Positions 55,641-64,000 of a stretch of DNA of 64,000 nucleotides are shown here, one piece after another; position 1 is the first letter of the stretch, and each line of letters begins with the position of its first letter. The position numbers were made by a program, and so were the translations under genes. Where the stretch lies: contig CAVTJJ010000006.1 of the NCBI GenBank assembly GCA_963735035.1, positions 160,001-224,000 of the forward strand, given 5' to 3'. The notes under the pieces are model-generated. The model saw only the letters and a program-made list of their open reading frames with translations. It searched no databases and was not told the origin of the DNA. The DNA is from an uncultured candidate division Zixibacteria bacterium (GTDB taxonomy: Bacteria > Zixibacteria > MSB-5A5 > GN15 > FEB-12).

Positions 55641-58600
55641 ATAGTCCCGTCCTTGGCAACACGATCGTGAAGCGGCTGCCGACGCCGACCTCGCTCCACA
55701 CGTCGATGCGGCCGTGATGTTTCTTCACGATATCATAAGCGAGACTTAGCCCAAGCCCCGTTCCTTTGCCGACATCTTTGGTTGTAAAAAAGGCTTCGAA
55801 TATCTTCTTGACGTTCTGGGGGGGGATGCCCACGCCGTTATCCTCGAATGAAACCATGATATTCTCATCGTCGAACCAGGTCTTTACCTTGATGATGCCC
55901 TGGTCGCCCTTAATGGCATGGCTGGCGTTTAACAGAATATTCATAAAGACCTGGTTGAGCTGGTTCGGAATGCACAGCAGATCGGGGATGTCGCCGAAGT
56001 CCTTCTCAACCTTGCAGGTATATTTCAATTCATTCCAGACAATATTCAGGGTGCTGTTGATGCCCTCGTTCAAGTTGGCGAGCTCTTTCTCGGCGCGATC
56101 GACGCGTGAGAAGCTCTTGAGGTCAGCCACTATATTACGCACCCGCGTGGTGCCCTCAAGAGACTCGTTGACCGCGTCGTTGAAGTCGGTCAGCATGTCT
56201 CCAAGCACGACGCAATCGTCACCCGTGATCTCGGCCGGCTTGGCAAGAAGCGACTGAATCTTCTGGATGTACTTGCTCATAGTGTTGAGGTTCGAGGAAA
56301 TAAAGCCGATCGGGTTGTTGATTTCGTGGGCCACGCCCGCTGCGAGCGTACCGATAGCGGCCAGTTTGTCGGCCTGAACCAGCTGTTCGCGCGAGCGGCG
56401 CTGATTCGTGACGTCCTGCAAAAGACCGACCAACCCCGTTACCTGACCCTGTTGATCGTGGATCGGTACCCGTGTGGAAGACACCCAGTGCTCCTCGCCG
56501 TCGGGAAACACGAAGAGCTCCTCAGCAACGGTCTTTTCGTTGTCGGATATCATGGCCGCCTGATCGGCGTAGTGCAATTTCTGGCCAAGTTCCTCGCCAA
56601 ATATGTCCTGAGTTGTGTGTCCGACGATATCCTCTATCGGGCGATCGGCCAGACGGCATAACTCCAGGTTGCCGGTGACGTATTCCTGCTCGCTATTCTT
56701 TACATACATGACCGCCGGTACCGTGTTGATCATGGTGTTGTATCGTGAAGTCGTTAGAGCCAATTGATCCTGAGCCAATCGATGTTCGGTGATATCGCGA
56801 ACGACCGCCTGGACGACCGGTTTGTCGTCAACTATCAACGCGCTAAGAAGTACATCGGCATAGAACTGTTCTCCGGTGTCGATTCTCTTGTGCACCCACT
56901 CGAAATGGTTGCTGCCTTGTTCCATCGCTACGGCGATCCGCTCATTGGAGAGGGCCAATGAACTCGCTCCGCATGGTTGTACTTCAGGGGAGACGTCGGC
57001 GGGGTGCAACGAACAGAGTTCTTCCCGGGTAAAGCATCCGAACATCGCCACGGCGGCTTTGTTGCAATCGATAAAGCCATGCCCGTCTGCCAGCAGTACG
57101 GCATCGCTGGTTGAATCGTAGAGTGTGCGGAACTTCACTTCGGAACGATGCAAAGCTTCTTCAGCCTTGGCCTGCTGAACGACAAACGCCACCGTGGTGC
57201 TCAGGGCGTCCAGAATTGCATCCAGAGCCGGTGAGATGGGGCTCTTCGAGAAAAGAGCGAGAACCCCCATGGTTTCTCCACCCGGGACTCGGAGTTGATA
57301 TCCCGCGAATGAAATCAATCCCAATTCACGCGCCCACTCATGGTTGTGAATACCGGGATCGTGTTGCACATTGTTGGTGAGGAAACGATGGTCCTGTCCC
57401 GAGGCAATCAGACCGATCTTGTAGCATCCGAATGGAACGCGCCGATGACCGGCGCCGTCGGTGTGGGTAAATCTACCGGAACTTGCGCGAAGGTGCAGGC
57501 AGCGGTCACGTTGACGGCAGACATGCGGCCCATTCTTGGCTACGGCATGAACGCAGCCCTGGTCGCACAAGTCGCCGGGTTGGATCAGCCAGATGCGGCA
57601 AAAATCTGCCTCGAGTAACTGCACGACACTTTCTGTGATCTGCTTGATCTTATAGTCCAGTGGGGCCGACGCGAGGAGCGATTGCTGAAGCAGCGTAACA
57701 CCCTGTTGCCAAACCACTATCTTTTCGCGTTCGGTTTCAGCCAGTTTGCGATCGCTGATATCGTGGGAAATGCCAAACAGTCCCTTGGTGTTTCCGTTGG
57801 AATCGCGTACGGTGCCTTTGGTTGAAAGATAAGTGCAACTGCGGCCGGCGCCGTCGGTGCGGGTTTCTTCGAATGTCACGGTCGATCCCCCTTTGATGAT
57901 TTCGAAATCGGCAGCCCTTACGAGCGCAGCATCTTCCAGCGGAAGAAGGGCGTAGTCGTCCTTACCGAGCACGTCGACCGCACTCTTGCCGACGATTCTC
58001 TCGGCCGCGGCGTTAAAGAACAGATACTTGCCCTGAAGATCCTTCACATAGATGGCGTCGGTAGTACTGCTGGCGATACTCTGCATGAGGGCGCGACTTT
58101 CATGAAGCGCCTCTTCGGCCTTTTGTTTCTGGCGGAACAATTCCATGCGACGCCTTTGCCAGGCCAGCGCCGCGACCGTCCCCACGCTCAAGAGGAGAAT
58201 GCCGACAAACCCTAGAATCATGAAGAGGCGTCCCTGTATCGGAGCATAAAGCTCCGAGACATCCATCCCGGCAATAAGCAGCCAGGGCGAATCGGGGACC
58301 ACCCTCACTGCAGCTATTTCTGGTTCGCCCCGGTGGCTCTTTCCTTCGACAATCCCTACTTGACCCAGAATCGCCTTTACGGCCGTCAGTTCCTTGTTTG
58401 AGCCAATGGGGAAGCGCAGGGTAAGGGCTGCATTACCTTCGCATCGTAAATCGTTTAGACACAGGACGTCGTCGCCGTCCCTCCGAATCAGCATGGCCTC
58501 GGCAGTCAGGCTCGATGTGGGCCATTGGCGAATGAATGGATACAGATAGCTTTCAGGGTCAATTCGTAGAGCCAGTACACCCAGCGGAAGTTGGTCGTCT

Positions 58601-59805
58601 GCCTGGTCAAGAATCGGGATCAGCACTGCCAAATGGGTTCTTCGACAGGCATCACAAAAGTAGAAATCTCTTAGCGTGACCTGTCGAGAGCTCAAGGCTG
58701 CCGGGATTGCCTTGCGAATCGCTACCGACGCGGGGGGGCGTCCTGCCGGGACGGACATCAGCGTTATACCTAATGTGTCCATAACTCGAACCTGATCAAA
58801 GTGAAAACCGTCCGGGTAGAGGGATAACCACGACTCAAGTACCTTCTTCACCTCGACGTTTCCCGGGTTTTCCAGAAATCTCTTGGCCAGTATCTGAAAG
58901 GAACTGTTCTTGAACAAGATCGAGGCGTCCTTGAGATAGTCCTGTCGCCAATCAGCCAGTTCTTCCACTTTCATTTCTGCGATAGCCGAAAGTTGACTCT
59001 CCAACTCGGTGCGATAATCGCGCTCGAAGTGGCGTATGTATATATAGCCCGCGGAAACAATACCGGTCGCCAACATGACTGAGGTCATAACAAGGACCAG
59101 TGTGGAACGACGGTCGGTGATTTCCGACCGGTCTTCGCTCGACCATATTCGCAGTCCTGAAGCAATCAGTAGTGATATCGATAGAGTCAAACACCCCAAC
59201 GCTGAGGCCAACGAGGGTGGAATCAAAGTAGTGTCGTACAGTATTGGTTCTCCAAAGACATAGGCTAGAACAAGAGCGATGCTGCTCCAGGCCACGAGAC
59301 CAGCGACTGCAAGTGCAGCGACCGAACGCGGTTGACGACCGGACGATGCTGACAAGAGCGATAGGAAAGAGAAGCCGATTAGAGTAAAGAAGAATGCGGT
59401 AATAGGCGACATGTGGCCGATGGGCACCCCATTAAGGTCCCCGGTAATGTTCATTCCCAAATATTCCGCCGCCGGATGAATGCCCAGCGAGGACAGAATC
59501 AACAGCAGAAGGGACGAAGCTGTTAATATCCAACCGAAAGAGAGGCCTATCAGGTACGCTCGGCGGCTTTGCTGGATTCGGTCGAGAAAGAAAATTGCTA
59601 TTCCGTACAGCAGGATGATCAACGCCCCGCTGGGGGCTATCGGAATTCTGCCCGCCCCAAAGGAAATGAGGAATGGCTTTCCTGCGACCCACGCCAGAAG
59701 TGCTGCCAGTCCGAATCCCGCCGACAAAAGAGCGAATAGCCGCTGTACGACGTACGGAATACCACGGATGACCTGAGGATCATAGTCACTTATGCTTTGC
59801 TTCAC
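55633..59805 (-). CDS. Multi-TM Cache-like/PAS/GAF sensor histidine kinase
   Basis: About 7 N-terminal TMs; extracytoplasmic domain; three PAS domains and one Cys/His-rich GAF; GVAHEINNPIGFI; NILLNASHA; GTGLGL. Confidence 0.92.
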   Translation of the reverse strand: MKQSISDYDPQVIRGIPYVVQRLFALLSAGFGLAALLAWVAGKPFLISFGAGRIPIAPSGALIILLYGIAIFFLDRIQQSRRAYLIGLSFGWILTASSLLLLILSSLGIHPAAEYLGMNITGDLNGVPIGHMSPITAFFFTLIGFSFLSLLSASSGRQPRSVAALAVAGLVAWSSIALVLAYVFGEPILYDTTLIPPSLASALGCLTLSISLLIASGLRIWSSEDRSEITDRRSTLVLVMTSVMLATGIVSAGYIYIRHFERDYRTELESQLSAIAEMKVEELADWRQDYLKDASILFKNSSFQILAKRFLENPGNVEVKKVLESWLSLYPDGFHFDQVRVMDTLGITLMSVPAGRPPASVAIRKAIPAALSSRQVTLRDFYFCDACRRTHLAVLIPILDQADDQLPLGVLALRIDPESYLYPFIRQWPTSSLTAEAMLIRRDGDDVLCLNDLRCEGNAALTLRFPIGSNKELTAVKAILGQVGIVEGKSHRGEPEIAAVRVVPDSPWLLIAGMDVSELYAPIQGRLFMILGFVGILLLSVGTVAALAWQRRRMELFRQKQKAEEALHESRALMQSIASSTTDAIYVKDLQGKYLFFNAAAERIVGKSAVDVLGKDDYALLPLEDAALVRAADFEIIKGGSTVTFEETRTDGAGRSCTYLSTKGTVRDSNGNTKGLFGISHDISDRKLAETEREKIVVWQQGVTLLQQSLLASAPLDYKIKQITESVVQLLEADFCRIWLIQPGDLCDQGCVHAVAKNGPHVCRQRDRCLHLRASSGRFTHTDGAGHRRVPFGCYKIGLIASGQDHRFLTNNVQHDPGIHNHEWARELGLISFAGYQLRVPGGETMGVLALFSKSPISPALDAILDALSTTVAFVVQQAKAEEALHRSEVKFRTLYDSTSDAVLLADGHGFIDCNKAAVAMFGCFTREELCSLHPADVSPEVQPCGASSLALSNERIAVAMEQGSNHFEWVHKRIDTGEQFYADVLLSALIVDDKPVVQAVVRDITEHRLAQDQLALTTSRYNTMINTVPAVMYVKNSEQEYVTGNLELCRLADRPIEDIVGHTTQDIFGEELGQKLHYADQAAMISDNEKTVAEELFVFPDGEEHWVSSTRVPIHDQQGQVTGLVGLLQDVTNQRRSREQLVQADKLAAIGTLAAGVAHEINNPIGFISSNLNTMSKYIQKIQSLLAKPAEITGDDCVVLGDMLTDFNDAVNESLEGTTRVRNIVADLKSFSRVDRAEKELANLNEGINSTLNIVWNELKYTCKVEKDFGDIPDLLCIPNQLNQVFMNILLNASHAIKGDQGIIKVKTWFDDENIMVSFEDNGVGIPPQNVKKIFEAFFTTKDVGKGTGLGLSLAYDIVKKHHGRIDVWSEVGVGSRFTIVLPRTGLYE

Positions 59806-60300
59806 GCTGTCCCCTTCGACCTGTCTACCATATCCGGACGCGGCTTAGCAATGTCAAAATCGCCAAGCTTAGGTTCGCGGCTGCACCCCTGATAAACTTT
59901 GCCTGTGACATATGCCGAATTGCTGCCACCGATCCGTGGTAGACCGACAACAGGAAATCGAGTGATAGATTCTGAGACTGGCATGTCGACTCAAACCCTC
60001 CTTGAAGATTAGCTTCGGTCAGCTCCCTCAGATAAACAAACCGGCAAAACTTGCTCTCATAGAGCAGACCTGGTCGACACCCCGATCCCCTGCGGTGCCT
60101 CCATCCCGAGGGTGGTCCATGTCAGAGACACTCCGACCGACGTACCCCTTCACCATCTATACTAGGAGTCGGCAGGCTATCGCGGTCCCTTTAGGCGACC
60201 ACTCGAGAATGATGAACGCCTATGGTTTCCCGTCTCGGCCCTCAAGATGTTGTCTCAGTGGTCGATACTTCGAATAATAAGATTGGATCACGGCTGCAGA

Positions 60301-60726
60301 ATGTCTGACGAGTATATCAAAACATGCGGTATGTGCGGGCAAGAGTTGTCGGCCGACGATTTCTTGTCTGACCCGGACTTAGTGCCTATCGGTATGATGT
60401 TCATTGAAGACGATATCACCATGGCCTATTACATGTTTCAGCATGAAGCAGCTTCATGCCGCTCCAGCCTGGTCGTTCCGGTTGACGCCTTTCAGCCCTT
60501 TCTGGAGGAACCCCCTCCGGAAGAGATTCTCGCCTTAACCGACTGCTGCGAACGCCATTGCGTTAAACTCAGTGACCTGTCGGCCTGCGGTCAGTCCTGC
60601 TTCTTCGCCCCGTTTCGAAGGTTCTTGCTCCATTTGATCGATAGCAAGAGCCGGGAAGGGAACGGTAGTGCGAGGAAGACCGCTATTGCGGCGGTATCGG
60701 CGTCTGAGTTCCCGACAAACGACTAA
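60301..60726 (+). CDS. Cys/His-rich hypothetical protein, probably metal-binding
   Basis: CGMCG; FQH...CRSSL; CCERHC; C...C. Confidence 0.6.
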   Translation: MSDEYIKTCGMCGQELSADDFLSDPDLVPIGMMFIEDDITMAYYMFQHEAASCRSSLVVPVDAFQPFLEEPPPEEILALTDCCERHCVKLSDLSACGQSCFFAPFRRFLLHLIDSKSREGNGSARKTAIAAVSASEFPTND

Positions 60727-60810
60727 TCACGCGGGCTCGCGGAGTCGACTTCCCAATTTCAGGCCGACCGCCTTAACCCTCCGTGTCTCTTCACGTTTCC
60801 ATTGATTAAA

Positions 60811-60884
60811 TACCCCCGACAGGACTCGAACCTGTTACCCTCTGCTTAGAAGGCAGATGCTCTATCCAGTTGAGCTACGGGGGC
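60811..60884 (-). tRNA. tRNA-Arg, anticodon TCT; CCA not encoded
   Basis: GCCCCCGTAGCTCAACTGGATAGAGCATCTGCCT-TCT-AAGCAGAGGGTAACAGGTTCGAGTCCTGTCGGGGGTA. Confidence 0.96.
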
Positions 60885-60943
60885 ATTGATTTCGCCGTGA
60901 TCTGACCGTGACCATCGATCCCTACGGTCAGGATCACAAACTC

Positions 60944-60973
60944 ATTATAGGTTCTAACCCGCACTCAGGGAAA
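60944..60973 (-). promoter_or_regulatory. Promoter of tRNA-Arg(TCT)
   Basis: Minus strand TTTCCC-N18-TATAAT. Confidence 0.6.
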
Positions 60974-61091
60974 GTTTTTTTTCGACGTGCGCCGGTGGCG
61001 AGAGTCGGGAAAAGCAGTACCCAGAACCGATACCCACCGGTTGCGCTCGCCCGGGGAAGAGCTTATGATACCACCTACGAAGGGAGTTCTT

Positions 61092-61841
61092 ATGCCGCTT
61101 ACGACTATCGAAACGAAAGACGGAATCGCCACCCTGACTCTGACGCGGGGCAAGGTAAACGCCTTCAACGAGAAATTTGTTGACCACCTCCGCGAGACTT
61201 TCAGGCAGCTCGAAAACGCCCCGGACGTCCGGGCGGTGATTCTGACCGGGCAGGGGAGCTTCTTTTCGTTCGGTTTGGACGTGCCTGAACTGCATGGTTA
61301 TTCGCAGGCCGATTTCACCCGCTTCCTGACCAAGTTTACGTCGCTCTATTTGACCATGTTCGAGTTTTCCAAGCCGCTGGTGGCCGCGATCAACGGCCAC
61401 GCGGTGGCCGGTGGATTCATGATCGCCACCCCGTGCGATTACCGCGTCATGGTCTCCGGCAAGGCCAAGATCGCACTGAACGAGATTACGTTTGGGTCGG
61501 CGGTCTTTGCCGGATCGCTTGAGATTCTCAAGTGCGTGACAGGTCACCGCAACGCCGAGATCTTCGCGCTGGGGGGGAAGATGTACTCGGCGAAAGAAGC
61601 TCAGAAACTCGGTTTGATCGACGAAGTTGTTGCATCGGAGGCGCTGTTGACTCAGGCGAACGTCTCCGCGAAAGAGTTGAGCGACAACGACGCTGTAGCA
61701 TTCGCCCAGATCAAAAAACTACTGCGCGGGCCGGTGGCGGAGCGGATTAGTCAGATCGAGGCCGCTTCGATTCGTCAGTTTGTCGAGATCTGGTATTCGC
61801 ATTCGACCCGCGAGAAGACGAAGGGGATAGTGATACGATGA
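61092..61841 (+). CDS. Enoyl-CoA hydratase/isomerase (crotonase family)
   Basis: GKVNAF; FFSFGLD; KPLVAAINGHAVAGG; IALNE; LGLIDEVV. Confidence 0.92.
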   Translation: MPLTTIETKDGIATLTLTRGKVNAFNEKFVDHLRETFRQLENAPDVRAVILTGQGSFFSFGLDVPELHGYSQADFTRFLTKFTSLYLTMFEFSKPLVAAINGHAVAGGFMIATPCDYRVMVSGKAKIALNEITFGSAVFAGSLEILKCVTGHRNAEIFALGGKMYSAKEAQKLGLIDEVVASEALLTQANVSAKELSDNDAVAFAQIKKLLRGPVAERISQIEAASIRQFVEIWYSHSTREKTKGIVIR

Positions 61842-62212
61842 AGCAGGTGTTGCTCGTGTTTATCGGCGGTGGCCTTGGGTCCGCCGCTCGCTATGGTCTC
61901 TCAGGGGCGGTTCATCGGACTTTGGGAAGCCAGTTTCCCTACGGCACAATGACGGTCAACGTGATAGGTTGCTTCCTTATCGGCCTTCTGTTGTCACTGT
62001 CGACCGATCGCTCTGTCATAGGGCCCGACCTTCGGCTGTTTCTCGCTCTGGGGTTCCTGGGTGGATTCACGACCTTTTCAAGTTTCAGCTATGAGACGAT
62101 CCAGCTCTTTCGCGACGGACAGAATTTCAACGCTCTGGCTAACGTTTTTTCAACGACCCTGATTTGTCTGTCGGGAACCTGGATTGGCTCGATAGTCGGC
62201 AAGCAGCTTTAG
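61838..62212 (+). CDS. crcB: Fluoride efflux channel CrcB/Fluc
   Basis: GGGLGSAARY; FPYGTMTVNVIGC; GFLGGFTTFSSF. Confidence 0.96.
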   Translation: MKQVLLVFIGGGLGSAARYGLSGAVHRTLGSQFPYGTMTVNVIGCFLIGLLLSLSTDRSVIGPDLRLFLALGFLGGFTTFSSFSYETIQLFRDGQNFNALANVFSTTLICLSGTWIGSIVGKQL

Positions 62213-62236
62213 CGGTTATACGACCGGGAGAATGTT

Positions 62237-62584
62237 ATGAAGATCGAGGGTGAAGGCAAACTGATCCGAGTCTTTATCGGCGAATCGGACAAATTGGGGC
62301 ATCAGGCGCTTTATGAAGTGTTCGTCATGAAGGCGCGTGAGATGGGTATGGCCGGGGCTACGGTCCTGCGGGGGATTGAGGGGTTCGGCGCCCGGAGTCG
62401 GATTCATACGGCCAAGATTTTGCGGCTGTCGGAAGACCTTCCGGTCGTCATTGAACTGGTCGACACGGCGGAGAAGATTGATAGCTTTGTCAAGGTCGCC
62501 GACGAGTTGTTCGAGAAAGCCGGCTGCGGAGGCCTTATCACCGAAGAGCGCGCTGGAATTATCCGCTATACAAAGGGGAAATGA
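62237..62584 (+). CDS. DUF190 (PII-like) protein
   Basis: RVFIGESDK; AGATVLRGIEGFG; LRLSEDLPVVIE; usual crcB neighbour. Confidence 0.92.
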   Translation: MKIEGEGKLIRVFIGESDKLGHQALYEVFVMKAREMGMAGATVLRGIEGFGARSRIHTAKILRLSEDLPVVIELVDTAEKIDSFVKVADELFEKAGCGGLITEERAGIIRYTKGK

Positions 62585-62674
62585 CTATCCCTGCAAGTCG
62601 AAACCAGGCCGCCGAAGGCGGACGGTTTTCGACAGCCCCAATTGCGAATCACCTCCACGGCGGGATGAAATAGT

Positions 62675-64000
62675 CTACTCAACCGGCGATAGACGCAGCG
62701 ATCTTATCGTTCTGTTCCCTTGGGCATTAACTGTGTCGCGTGTGAGAATTAGCGAATCACCTAAGAGCTCCCACAAAAAGAATCCACCAGGAGCCCAGTT
62801 CTGTGTGCAGACGCCACGCGTGTAGTTAGAGTCCACCACTGAGAGCCTTATGTAGTAACCGGTCAATTCACATTCACCGAGCACGTCGCAGAAGACACGA
62901 AGCGATTCGGGGATGGCGGGATTGATATCCATCGCGAAATCGGGTTCACGGAAAGTGAGCTCGACCGCCTGCGATGTGTCAACAGCAGTATCTACGCCAG
63001 ACCATTCAATGTAGGAATAAGTGCCAGAATAATCTTGATTTGTGAGCGGTTCAAGTGTACTGTCGACAACGACATTGGATATCTCGGACCAATTGGACCA
63101 GTCATCGCCTGTCTTCACCGCTATATAGTACGTAGTCGATTCCGCTAATCCATCAAGCAAGTACAATTGGGATGTCCCTGAAAAGCCGGGAACAATGGAA
63201 ACTACAGCTACTTGAGCAGCCTGCCAGTTTGTCTCGTCCAACGGATTAGTCGAATACCTGACATCATAGTACGAAGCTGTCCCAACCATGCCGTCATCGC
63301 CGGGTGCGGTCCAGGTGAGTTCGATCGAGTGAGCCGTTTGAGGGGTGCTCTGCAAGTCAGTAATTGTGGCAGGCGGTACGAGTTCGGTCGTCAGTACGGT
63401 GGCAACGTTCGACATGGTAGACCAATTGGACGCATCATCGGAGACCCGTAGAGCGAAATAGTACCGGGAATCAGGGGCGAGACCATAGGCCGCATATGAT
63501 TCGACAATTCCCGACGTATTTGGCGCGGGTTCATCGTTGAAAGACCACGCCGAAGCCCAGTTGCTCTGGTTGATGGGACTGGAATAGAACCGCAAGTCAT
63601 ATTGCGCTGCTCTGCCAGAAATACCGTCGTCGCCAGAGGCAGTCCAAGTGAGAGTGGCTGATGTATCGGTGAAAGCCGATACGGCCAGGTCTTCAATACA
63701 TGACGGTGATGTCGTATCTATAGCAACGGTCGATACCTCAGCCACGTTTGATAAGGAAGACCAATTGGGCACTTCGTCAGATACCTTTATCGCAAAATAA
63801 TAGTACGACTCGTGAGTCAGTCCGTGGGCAATATAGGTTTCAGTGTTTCCCGAAATGTTCGGTGTCGGTTCATCAATGACCAACGATGCTGAAGCCCAGT
63901 TGCCTTGATTGATCGGGCTGGAATAATACCTCAAATCATATTGTGCTGCTCTGCCGGAATTACCGTCGTCGCCTGAGGCTGTCCAGGTAAGAGTGGCTGA
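62675..64000 (-). CDS. FN3-repeat protein, 5' part outside window
   Basis: Frame open to the window edge; repeated LTWTA(S/P)GDDG..G.A..YD.RY..N....W..A..YYFA....D...NWS..SNV units. Confidence 0.85.
   Translation of the reverse strand, partial: SATLTWTASGDDGNSGRAAQYDLRYYSSPINQGNWASASLVIDEPTPNISGNTETYIAHGLTHESYYYFAIKVSDEVPNWSSLSNVAEVSTVAIDTTSPSCIEDLAVSAFTDTSATLTWTASGDDGISGRAAQYDLRFYSSPINQSNWASAWSFNDEPAPNTSGIVESYAAYGLAPDSRYYFALRVSDDASNWSTMSNVATVLTTELVPPATITDLQSTPQTAHSIELTWTAPGDDGMVGTASYYDVRYSTNPLDETNWQAAQVAVVSIVPGFSGTSQLYLLDGLAESTTYYIAVKTGDDWSNWSEISNVVVDSTLEPLTNQDYSGTYSYIEWSGVDTAVDTSQAVELTFREPDFAMDINPAIPESLRVFCDVLGECELTGYYIRLSVVDSNYTRGVCTQNWAPGGFFLWELLGDSLILTRDTVNAQGNRTIRSLRLSPVE

Noticed and set aside
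59806..60300. c-di-GMP-I riboswitch upstream of the HD-GYP cassette (GGCAAA words on both strands)
   Set aside because: The GGCAAA words are not followed by the GNRA-capped P2 and CGCAAAGC/P3 elements; cmscan would settle it.
50264..60810. Classical integrative element or prophage between the two tRNAs
   Set aside because: No integrase, transposase or phage genes; both repeats are full tRNAs with promoters, not a tRNA plus a 3' fragment.
60960..61837. Fluoride riboswitch upstream of crcB
   Set aside because: No GGNGATGR..TGATGAC-type pattern found; crcB is coupled (ATGA) to the enoyl-CoA hydratase gene.
1..64000. CRISPR array, rRNA, IS elements
   Set aside because: No regularly spaced repeats, rRNA-like sequence, transposase ORFs or terminal inverted repeats seen.

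Overview
A 64-kb, GC-rich, gene-dense bacterial chromosomal window with about 52 CDS and two tRNA-Arg genes. I found no rRNA, CRISPR array, integrase or transposase. Secreted proteins ending in a CC-x-G-x-x-GD-x-N dockerin-like module or a YPNPY..GKLVII C-terminal domain suggest candidate phylum Zixibacteria or a related FCB lineage (inference). The main blocks are: (1) 0.4-11.6 kb: a prolyl oligopeptidase lipoprotein, an RRE(PqqD-like)-M50 peptidase-HlyD fusion, and an unannotated 25-aa peptide gene (6656-6733, MADYKLTVEVLEARIAP|MGFSLGGQ). The peptide gene has its own promoter, structured leader, strong RBS and terminator, and faces a Ser/Thr kinase-TPR gene and a GAF/PAS histidine kinase. 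This is the top candidate for an undescribed peptide processing/export/signalling system. (2) 11.7-20.8 kb: an RsbV-RsbW-RsbU partner switch, a NUDIX hydrolase, an NtrY/NtrX-like pair and a sigma54-driven outer-membrane protein plus DUF4390. (3) 23.7-30.7 kb: a 2-oxoacid:ferredoxin oxidoreductase operon running into a HydCBA/NuoEFG-like module that has no catalytic subunit, divergent from citryl-CoA lyase. (4) 31-49 kb: housekeeping and envelope genes. (5) 50.2-60.9 kb: a two-component/HD-GYP/HDOD cluster bracketed by two 71/74-identical tRNA-Arg genes (anticodons TCG and TCT) whose promoters are also duplicated. (6) 61-64 kb: enoyl-CoA hydratase, crcB, DUF190 and a partial FN3-repeat protein. 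Five single-base insertions break conserved genes and are most likely assembly errors.
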